From Elainellaceae cyanobacterium (GTDB lineage Bacteria; Cyanobacteriota; Cyanobacteriia; CAZCXK01): a stretch of DNA of 56,061 nt. Below the pieces are notes generated by a model. The model did not search any database, had not been told where the DNA came from, and saw only the letters and a list, made by a program, of their open reading frames with translations. The stretch lies in the NCBI GenBank assembly GCA_051117555.1, contig JBNPEG010000036.1, forward strand, positions 1 to 56,061, read 5' to 3'. Shown piece by piece: positions 29,851 to 38,004 of the stretch (position 1 is its first letter; each line of letters starts with the position of its first letter). Position numbers and translations under genes: made by a program.

Positions 29851-30632
29851 GTTGACAAACTCTCTGGAATCCCATGACCTAAAATCTAGAATCCTGTGAC
29901 CAAAGAAAACACAATAGAACCGAACTGTGTTTGAGTGAGAAATACCGATCGTCAAAATTACCGCAATGCTTGGGATTTGCTTACACCATAAAAAGGGCTT
30001 TAGCTGACTGCTCCTAAGCGATTTGTTTACAAAATTTTACATTCCCATCGATGTTGACAATGTTGACAAAACATCTAGATTCAGCGGACTAGGCTTGGCA
30101 GTGATTTGTCCACAAAATTTTCAAGCCTCTAGAAGTGTTGACAATGTTGACATTGCATCTAGAATCTACTGACCAGAATCACAATCCTAAATTACGCTAC
30201 ATCTAGTATAAAGCAAGTTTTGTTTACGCTACCAATACAGATTTGCTCATTGATATCACGTCGATGTGGGTGTTGACGGGTCAGATGTGTGTTGCCAGAT
30301 CTTCTAGAATCGAGTGACTTCTCAATCTTTGCTTTGGATGTTGACAATGTTGACATCTCGCCTAGATTCAGCGGACTTTGCGGGCAACTGCCTATAGTAC
30401 TCAGCAAGAATCTTCGTTGAATGTTGCCAGCGTTGACTAGATATCTAGATTTAGATGACCAATATCGAATTTGCTCAATCAAACGTGAGTAGATTTTGCT
30501 TATTCCGTGTTGACTCTGTTGCCAACGTGTCTAGAGTGAAGTGACCATTCGCAGATCTGTGTTGCCAACTCCTCTAGAATGCCATGATAGACGCTCTAGT
30601 ATCTTAGGACGGATCGTCTAGAATCTAATGAC
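29851..30632 (+). repeat. Iteron-like array, consensus GTTGMCA-N5-TCTAGA-N6-KGAC (putative origin)
   Basis: 28-bp copies start at 29851, 30062, 30146, 30291, 30349, 30432, 30518 and 30561; half copies at 29885 and 30617. Confidence 0.85.
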
Positions 30633-30792
30633 TTAACTTTTTTCTAACCCAGTTGCTGCATCATTCTTAAAGATTGTTGACTCTCTAAGTACTTTAAGAA
30701 GATCAAGTGTGTTGACCTACTAAGTTCATTTGTACGTGCATGCTATACCTGCTCTATTCCAGTTTTTCTCTGGAACGAGCTGTAGTGGGTAT

Positions 30793-32673
30793 ATGCAAAA
30801 TAGTTTGTTATTTGAGGGAGTGCGGGAGTGGAATGACGCATTTCTGGCATTCTTTCCTCATCGTTTTGATTACATCTGGGCAGAGCATCCTCAGTTTGGT
30901 GACGCGGTCAAGTGGAGAACCGAAACTCGTCATCCTCTAAGCGATCGCCTAATTCAGCAGGGAGCCTATCTCTACGGGGTTCGCTTTGGTGCTGAAACCC
31001 ACTACTGCCTCCTTGATATTGACGCTGGAAGTATCTATCACCCTAAACACGACTCATTTGCCATCTCTCGAATCTTAGCTGCGCTAGAGCCGCTTGGGCT
31101 TGTCGGGTATGTGGCCTGTACATCTAGCTATAGCGGTGGATTACATCTCTATTTTCCCTTTCAACAAGCACAAAGTTCATGGCAGTTGGCGATCGCTGTC
31201 ACGTGTTTACTCGAAAATGCAGGCTTCAAAGCACAGCCAGGGCATCTAGAAGTATTTCCCAACCCAAAACCGTATTCAGCAGACGAAAATCCTAGTTTGT
31301 TCAATGCCCATCGACTTCCCTTACAAGCTGGCTCGTATCTGCTTAACGAAACATGGCGACCCATTTGGAGCAGTTCTCAAACATTCATTCGCCAATGGCA
31401 ATTGACTCAGCAGCACAACGACGTTGATAGAAAAGTACTTAAGCACATTCTTAAGTGCGCTAAGCGTAAGCATTTTGGAGTTTCAGGCAAAGCAGAAAAA
31501 TTCATCAATGACTTAAATGCTGAGATTGAGTTGGGGTGGACTAGTCATGGACAAACGAATCGCCTCTTGGGTCGGATTACGATGCGAGCCTATATCTTTC
31601 ACCACGTTCTCTCTGGCGGAGATCCCTTGGAAGGGGAGGCACTCGTCCATGAAATTGTTGAAACAGCGAAGGCACTACCAGGGTATAGAGATTGGTGTCG
31701 CCATCAACATGAAATTGAAGATCGGGCAGTGGAATGGGCGCGCTGTATCGAGAATAGTCACTATTTCCACTTTGGTGATCAAAGGCAAAAATTGCAGCTA
31801 GAGTCCCATAGCCCAGAGCTAAATGTTGCAGTGGATCAGTCTCCATCTTGGAATCAACGCCAATTAGCAGTCACACGAGATCGGATCAGAGGGGCGATCG
31901 CTGATTTGCTTGAGAAAGATTGTCTCCCTGCTCGACCTACTGCTCGGTTTCACGCCTTGTTAAAGTACGGTGTTGGAGGTGCATCTCTCTATCGCCATCG
32001 AGATCTCTGGCATCCCAACCACCTTGATGATCACTGTGATAATTACCGTGATTCTAGTTCCACCCAAGATGAAGCCGATAGAGTTAAAGTACCTACAAAT
32101 AATAAGTCTCCTGTGGATCCCCCCCCCAACCCCCCAACTACAAAAACGGACAGCCGGTTAGATTGCGTTCAGAGCGCATCTAACCGGCTCAGTCCTACAA
32201 GCTTATTCCCTTCGCCTGGCAGTAATAGCATATCTGACAATGCTTTTGGCGATCGCCCTTTAATGAATGCTTCTCTGAATGGTAGTAATATATTTCCTAC
32301 CGTTCAGTCTGATGGGCGTGTTTCGGAAAACGTGCAAGGATTGCAATATGTCAAACATGCATTGGTTGATGCCCAAGCGGAACGGGATGCCCGTCAGGAA
32401 GCGTCTCGACTCGCCTGGCAGCACCATCAACGCATTAAATTAGAAGCAGCGGAGCGACGTCAGATTGCTCGGATGCAGCAGTATCTAGACTCGGATGACC
32501 CCATTCTGATTGCAGAAGCGGTGGCATGGGCACAGGTTAACCCTGGCGTTTTACAAGTCAATTCTCGTCAAATGTCGATGTTGGCAGATTTTTCAGGAGA
32601 AGATAGTGGGATTGGTAAGGGGGCGATCGCGCACCGTCATGGGCTGAGTTTCAAAAATGGCAGGGTGAATTGA
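30793..32673 (+). CDS. AEP (archaeo-eukaryotic primase) superfamily protein, putative primase-type Rep
   Basis: CLLDID, SSYSGGLHLYF, LEVFPN and HRLP motifs, followed by a PriCT-like helical region and an HTH-like segment. Confidence 0.75.
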   Translation: MQNSLLFEGVREWNDAFLAFFPHRFDYIWAEHPQFGDAVKWRTETRHPLSDRLIQQGAYLYGVRFGAETHYCLLDIDAGSIYHPKHDSFAISRILAALEPLGLVGYVACTSSYSGGLHLYFPFQQAQSSWQLAIAVTCLLENAGFKAQPGHLEVFPNPKPYSADENPSLFNAHRLPLQAGSYLLNETWRPIWSSSQTFIRQWQLTQQHNDVDRKVLKHILKCAKRKHFGVSGKAEKFINDLNAEIELGWTSHGQTNRLLGRITMRAYIFHHVLSGGDPLEGEALVHEIVETAKALPGYRDWCRHQHEIEDRAVEWARCIENSHYFHFGDQRQKLQLESHSPELNVAVDQSPSWNQRQLAVTRDRIRGAIADLLEKDCLPARPTARFHALLKYGVGGASLYRHRDLWHPNHLDDHCDNYRDSSSTQDEADRVKVPTNNKSPVDPPPNPPTTKTDSRLDCVQSASNRLSPTSLFPSPGSNSISDNAFGDRPLMNASLNGSNIFPTVQSDGRVSENVQGLQYVKHALVDAQAERDARQEASRLAWQHHQRIKLEAAERRQIARMQQYLDSDDPILIAEAVAWAQVNPGVLQVNSRQMSMLADFSGEDSGIGKGAIAHRHGLSFKNGRVN

Positions 32674-32995
32674 ATTTCTAAACAAATAAAAAAATATGCG
32701 AATCTATGTTTCATTAATGATCTTAAATGATCTTGAATGAAGCAAATTTTGCTAATTGTTAGTTATGTAGTTTAACCAAATTCTATTTATTCCTTTGTAG
32801 GAACTCCTTTTCACAATCAGAGTAATCTATCGCAGCACGTTTGAAAAACTAGTTCTCTAGAGATGTCTCATACGGTATTTTGGCGATGAACTCTAATTAT
32901 CTCTGCCACTGTAGTGGGGCGGTTTAAGGATTCTGTCAATCCATTCAAGGCAAGCTTTGTAAGCTTACTATTTTCCATTGGTTTGAGGTGAGAAA

Positions 32996-33033
32996 TTTTC
33001 TGTTTCTCTGGGGCTTTTCTGTTTCTCTGGGGC
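32996..33033 (+). repeat. Perfect 19-bp tandem duplication TTTTCTGTTTCTCTGGGGC
   Basis: Copies at 32996-33014 and 33015-33033. Confidence 0.9.
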
Positions 33034-33104
33034 TACTGAATATTTTGTACAAGACTAACAGATTTGTTCTTTCTTTCAATTGGCGGTTGAATAGGGACAC
33101 TCAG

Positions 33105-33389
33105 ATGAACAAGAAACTCTCGATCGAAGGCTACAGTATCGAAATTACAACAGGCGAAGGGCCTAATGATGCCAAGCTTGCCATTAATGGAAAAGATATT
33201 CCAGTCAGATATTACGCAGGTTTCAGAGGGTGGAAGTTACCTCATACACTGTTCGGAGTTTATCCAGACTTAGAAACTCTTGCATATCATTTAATTCAAA
33301 CACGTCCCTCTTTAAGGCTTGGTCACGGAGATCCAAGCAACGATCCAGACGATGATCATCATCACAATATGCAAGGCTCTGGAGGGTAA
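33105..33389 (+). CDS. Small His-tailed protein, putative tyrosinase copper chaperone (MelC1/caddie-like)
   Basis: 94 aa; LAINGKDIPV..YPDLETLA pattern; DDDHHH tail; ends 3 nt before the tyrosinase. Confidence 0.6.
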   Translation: MNKKLSIEGYSIEITTGEGPNDAKLAINGKDIPVRYYAGFRGWKLPHTLFGVYPDLETLAYHLIQTRPSLRLGHGDPSNDPDDDHHHNMQGSGG

Positions 33390-33392
33390 ATA

Positions 33393-34484
33393 ATGGCGAT
33401 TCGTCGTATAAGCCTGACTGATTTTATTCAGAATTCTAGTTATCGAAACCGATATGTAGCGGCAGCAAAAAAACTTAAGGCAGATGGTCTTTACCAAATT
33501 TTTGTAGATTGGCACGCAGCTATTGGCCTTAATGCTCATAATAATGTTACGTTTTTGGGCTGGCATCGAATTTTTATCCGGCTTTTTGAAATCGAGTTGC
33601 AAAAAGCTGATTTAGCACTGCAAACTGCTGTGAATCCGGATTTTGACTCCAATGATGTTATTTCTCTTCCTTGGTGGGATTATCCAGCCATGAATTCGGA
33701 TAACCCCAATCACGCAACGGGCAGAATGTGGCAGAGCAACTTTATGGGAGGAAGCGGTAATCCTGTCCAGGATGGCCCTTTCAGAACAGGCGAATGGTCA
33801 GTAGAAGTTCGCAATCCTGTTGACCTTTCAGTTACACCATTCAGGTATGATCCTTGGGAAGGACATGGTTGGCTTGTGCGAGTACTCGCTCGGTCAGGAA
33901 CTCGATTACCCTCTTCAGATGAAATTAACCATGTCATCAATCGACTTAACCAGTTTGATGATGGATATTTCAGAGATTTTGGAGATGGCGTTCCAGAGAC
34001 GTCTACTTCAAACTCCTTTCGTGCGGTTCTTGAAGGATTTGCAGAAACAAATGCTGTGAAGAGAAAGCGTGAAAGTGCGATGCACAATGGTACCCACGGA
34101 TGGGTGAGTGGAACTATGGTTGATGTTCAGTTTTCACCGGGTGATCCTGTCTTCTGGCTGCATCATTGCAACATAGATAGAATTTGGGCACTTTGGCAAA
34201 TTCGACACCCTGCTCTGGCTGACCAGTATCCAACAGATTCTCAGATTGACAACGTGAGAACCAATCCGGGACCTTCTGGACAGAGGAACACTCGTGCTAG
34301 GAGGTTAGATGAACCACAACTACCGTGGGACACACCTAATAAGCCGTGGACCAAACGTGATGGCACGCTACTCATGACAACCAATGTATACACAATAGGC
34401 GATGTTCTCAACTGGACCCAAATGGGCGCGGGTTTAGGTAGTTATGAGATTGCAGGAGTTAACGCCCGCGCCATCACATTCTGA
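33393..34484 (+). CDS. Tyrosinase (type-3 copper protein)
   Basis: CuA site WH..AH..FLGWHR, LPWWD, CuB site HNGTH..SPGDPVFWLHHCNIDRIW. Confidence 0.93.
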   Translation: MAIRRISLTDFIQNSSYRNRYVAAAKKLKADGLYQIFVDWHAAIGLNAHNNVTFLGWHRIFIRLFEIELQKADLALQTAVNPDFDSNDVISLPWWDYPAMNSDNPNHATGRMWQSNFMGGSGNPVQDGPFRTGEWSVEVRNPVDLSVTPFRYDPWEGHGWLVRVLARSGTRLPSSDEINHVINRLNQFDDGYFRDFGDGVPETSTSNSFRAVLEGFAETNAVKRKRESAMHNGTHGWVSGTMVDVQFSPGDPVFWLHHCNIDRIWALWQIRHPALADQYPTDSQIDNVRTNPGPSGQRNTRARRLDEPQLPWDTPNKPWTKRDGTLLMTTNVYTIGDVLNWTQMGAGLGSYEIAGVNARAITF

Positions 34485-34494
34485 GGTTTGAAGT

Positions 34495-37400
34495 ATGGCA
34501 TTAGACGCTAGAGCTATTTCTTTACCTGTACTCAATGCGCTACGTAGAGCGCTAGAGCAAATCAGCGTCGTTACATCCCAGAAAGAGGTCTTTCAGGACT
34601 TTTTAACCTGCTTCGGCTGGGATGTGTCAATCACGGAGACACAACTGGAAGCTATTCGCAATTTCATAAATGTAGAAGGGACGCTGAGTGCTTTTGGTGA
34701 ACTGAGTGTAGCCTTGGAGAGTGGGAGCGAAAATGAGTTGCAAATCTCAGGTGAGCTTCTCTCTGGAATCATCAATCTGATTACTAGCATTAAACAGTGG
34801 AGAAGTGGCAATATTGCTTCGCTTCCTTCTCCGTTCGATGGGTCAACAACCTTCTGGGATGATTTTTCGGACGATATGCTCAATCAAATGGTGGTGATGG
34901 CTTTGCGTCAAGAAGCACCTGCATTACACCATGTTTTGGTGATATTTGGTGTGTTTGAGCAGGAGATGGTCAACCCTAGAGGGGCGCAGCGTATCCCTTT
35001 TATTCGACAAAAGGTTTATTGGAATCGGCTTGATGACTTGGTAACCGATCCGCTTAGCTTACTAAAACAATCCTTCAAGTGGGGACAATCAGGGGAAGAT
35101 TTAAACTATACAAAACTAATTTATAGTCTGGGGTTCTTAATTGAATCAGCAGGTTTTCCTGGACGGCTCAGTTCTCCTGCGGCGTCACTTCTCGATATCT
35201 ATTACTCTTCTACTAATCCAATACGGTCAAGAATTCAAGAACTCGATGTTCCCTTTTTGCTAGAGGTAGATCCAGGGTTTCAATCGTTTGCCGAAATTGG
35301 GGTTAGAGTCCTGCCTATCTCACCAGTAGCTAATAACGATGCAGCCCCGAATGGCATTATGATTGCACCACTTGCCCGAGGGAGCTTGCAAGGAAGTTCA
35401 GATAATAATTCTGAATGGGCACTCTCTCTAGTAGGCGATGCTTTGTTAGATGGTGCCTTTCGCTTAGAGATTAGACCTAATGATGCTGTCCTCGTTCTAG
35501 CCCCTGGAGAGACTTCCTTGAACGTTGGTCTGAATTTGCAGGGGCGTTTTAAGAATCCCTTCATTCTGATTGGTACAGCGCGATCGCATCGAATTGAAAT
35601 AGAAGGTCTATTTTTTGCAGTTGAGATCAAGGGAACTCAAAATAGTCCTGAAGTAATTCTCAAAACAGGCACGGGTGAGGGGGCCAATTCACCTAGAATT
35701 CGTTTCATTCTCCAAGCGAGCGAAGGAGATAGCTTTTTGCAAGACCTGCTTGGGAGTGAACCCCAGTCTGTTGACTTGGCAGGGTATCTTTCATTTTCAA
35801 GTCAGCATGGAATAGGAATTAACGGGAGTATCGGTTTTCAGTTGCAGTTTCCCTTGCATTTAGCATTGGGACCTATTGATATTCAATCTCTTCAACTAGG
35901 CACTCGCGCTAACGATTCAGGCGGAGCGGATATTCCTATTGGTATCAATGTTAAGGCAGCATTGGGGCCGCTAACTGCTGTAGTTGAAGATATCGGTGCT
36001 GCAATGGTTTTAACACCATTGAATAATACCGATTCTGGTCTGTTAGGCAACTTAGATGTTGACTGGATTTTTAAACCGCCAAACGGAGTGGGTCTGGCAT
36101 TAGATGCTGGCATCGTAGAGGGCGGTGGCTTCCTTCGGTTTGATCCAGATAAGGAACAATATGACGGAATTCTGGAGCTTAATCTCAAGGGAATCGTCAG
36201 CGTCAAAGCAATCGGGCTCATCACCACACGCTTGCCTGATGGTTCCAAGGGCTTTTCCTTACTGATCATCATCACCGCCGAATTTGGCACTGGGCTGCAA
36301 CTGGGCTTTGGCTTCGTGCTGCTGGGAGTTGGAGGACTGCTGGGGCTGAATCGCACGATGAAATTGCAGCCCTTGACTGAAGGAGTCCGGACGGGAGCGA
36401 CGGAAAGCATACTGTTCCCGCAGAACATCATTGCCAATGCACCCCGGATCATTAGTGATTTACGCCGCTTTTTCCCGCCTGAAGACGGCATTTTTCTCGT
36501 TGGTCCGATGGCAAAGCTGGGGTGGGGCACGCCCGCTCTAATTACCCTATCTTTAGGCATCATCTTCGAAATCCCAGGAAATATTGCCATTCTGGGCGTT
36601 CTCAAGGTCGTGCTACCCGACGAAAGGGCTGCCCTGCTCGTATTGCAGGTGAATTTCATCGGCGCTATCGAGTTTGACAAGCAGCGGGTTTACTTTTTCG
36701 CCACCCTGTTTGAATCAAGAATCCTCTTCAACACGATTGAGGGGGGCATGGGTGTATTGATGGCGTGGGGTGACGACAGCAACTTTGTGGTAAGTGTGGG
36801 GGGCTTTCATCCGCAGTTTACGCCTCCCCCCCTGCCGTTTCCGACTCCTCAGCGCATTGCGTTTACTGTTGTCAATCAGCCCCTAAGCCGCATCCGCGTG
36901 ATGGCCTACTTTGCCGTCACCTCTAACACAGTACAGTTTGGAGCGCGCGCCGAGATCTTTTTTGGCTTTAGCAAATTCAAGCTTGAAGGCCATCTTGCTT
37001 TTGACGCCCTGTTCCAGTTCAGTCCATTTTTCTTCATCATTGAGATTTCTTGCGAAGTCTCTCTCAAAGTCTTTGGAATCGGGCTGTTCAGCATTTCGCT
37101 GAAGTTCTCGCTTGAGGGGCCAACTCCCTGGCGGGCTAAGGGCTACGGCAAGCTCAAGCTGCTTTTCTTCACCATCAAAGCCAACTTTGACTATACCTGG
37201 GGTGAGGAGAAAGATACCTCCCTGCCACCCATTGAAGTTCTGCCGTTACTGCAAGCAGAATTTGAGAAGCTTTCCAATTGGAAGGCACAGCTTCCGGCAT
37301 CGAGCAATTTGCTGGTGTCATTGCGGATGCTGAGTGATAGTAGCGATCGCCTAGTGATGCATCCAGTGGGCACTCTGACCGTAACGCAGCGGGCGGTACC

Positions 37401-37995
37401 ATTGGATTTGCGGCTCGATAAGGTGGGCAATCAAAAGCCCAGCGATGGCAAGCGGTTCTATTTAGACGTCGCCAGTGGGTTGAAGAAGGTGGCGGATCTG
37501 GATGAGCAGTTTGCGATCGCCCAATTCCAAGACTTCAAAGATGCCGAAAAGCTATCTCAAGCTCCGTTTCAGCCCGAAGAGGCGGGGATAGAAGTAGCAG
37601 TATCTGATCAATCCTTCGCTGCGGGCAAAGCGGTGAAGCGCAACATCCGCTATGAGACGCACATCATCGATACGAATTTCCAATTTGCCTTCATTGCCCT
37701 GTTTGGCTTTGTAAATCGTCTGTTCAACCACTTCCTCAACGGTAGCGTGGTGACGAAATCAGTGGTGTCTCAGCACTATAAACGGCAGTTCCAGCCGTTC
37801 GACGACACGATTGTGCTCAAGTCCGAACAGTTTGTGGTGGCATCCACTGTGGATAACCGAGCAATCAGCCAACAGGCAGTGTTCACGAGCGAGGCAAAAG
37901 CCCGTGATTTTATGGACGCTGAGGTAGCTAGGGATGCATCCCGACGGGAGCTACTTCACGTGATTCCATCAGATGAAGTCAATGTTGAGGGGTGA
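34495..37995 (+). CDS. Large beta-rich protein, DUF6603-like (1166 aa)
   Basis: FKPPNGVGL..GGGFL..QYDG, QLGFGF..GVGGLLGLNR, SVGGFHP, YFAVTSNTVQFG and GPTPW motifs recalled for DUF6603; needs HMM confirmation. Confidence 0.8.
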   Translation: MALDARAISLPVLNALRRALEQISVVTSQKEVFQDFLTCFGWDVSITETQLEAIRNFINVEGTLSAFGELSVALESGSENELQISGELLSGIINLITSIKQWRSGNIASLPSPFDGSTTFWDDFSDDMLNQMVVMALRQEAPALHHVLVIFGVFEQEMVNPRGAQRIPFIRQKVYWNRLDDLVTDPLSLLKQSFKWGQSGEDLNYTKLIYSLGFLIESAGFPGRLSSPAASLLDIYYSSTNPIRSRIQELDVPFLLEVDPGFQSFAEIGVRVLPISPVANNDAAPNGIMIAPLARGSLQGSSDNNSEWALSLVGDALLDGAFRLEIRPNDAVLVLAPGETSLNVGLNLQGRFKNPFILIGTARSHRIEIEGLFFAVEIKGTQNSPEVILKTGTGEGANSPRIRFILQASEGDSFLQDLLGSEPQSVDLAGYLSFSSQHGIGINGSIGFQLQFPLHLALGPIDIQSLQLGTRANDSGGADIPIGINVKAALGPLTAVVEDIGAAMVLTPLNNTDSGLLGNLDVDWIFKPPNGVGLALDAGIVEGGGFLRFDPDKEQYDGILELNLKGIVSVKAIGLITTRLPDGSKGFSLLIIITAEFGTGLQLGFGFVLLGVGGLLGLNRTMKLQPLTEGVRTGATESILFPQNIIANAPRIISDLRRFFPPEDGIFLVGPMAKLGWGTPALITLSLGIIFEIPGNIAILGVLKVVLPDERAALLVLQVNFIGAIEFDKQRVYFFATLFESRILFNTIEGGMGVLMAWGDDSNFVVSVGGFHPQFTPPPLPFPTPQRIAFTVVNQPLSRIRVMAYFAVTSNTVQFGARAEIFFGFSKFKLEGHLAFDALFQFSPFFFIIEISCEVSLKVFGIGLFSISLKFSLEGPTPWRAKGYGKLKLLFFTIKANFDYTWGEEKDTSLPPIEVLPLLQAEFEKLSNWKAQLPASSNLLVSLRMLSDSSDRLVMHPVGTLTVTQRAVPLDLRLDKVGNQKPSDGKRFYLDVASGLKKVADLDEQFAIAQFQDFKDAEKLSQAPFQPEEAGIEVAVSDQSFAAGKAVKRNIRYETHIIDTNFQFAFIALFGFVNRLFNHFLNGSVVTKSVVSQHYKRQFQPFDDTIVLKSEQFVVASTVDNRAISQQAVFTSEAKARDFMDAEVARDASRRELLHVIPSDEVNVEG

Positions 37996-38004
37996 GGCAG
38001 AGTT

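Noticed and set aside
29851..30632. CRISPR array
   Set aside because: Repeats are degenerate and irregularly spaced, and no cas genes are present; an iteron interpretation fits better.
35892..36680. 262-aa antisense ORF (and similar shadow ORFs within the large genes)
   Set aside because: Antisense shadows of well-supported CDSs, with no motifs of their own.
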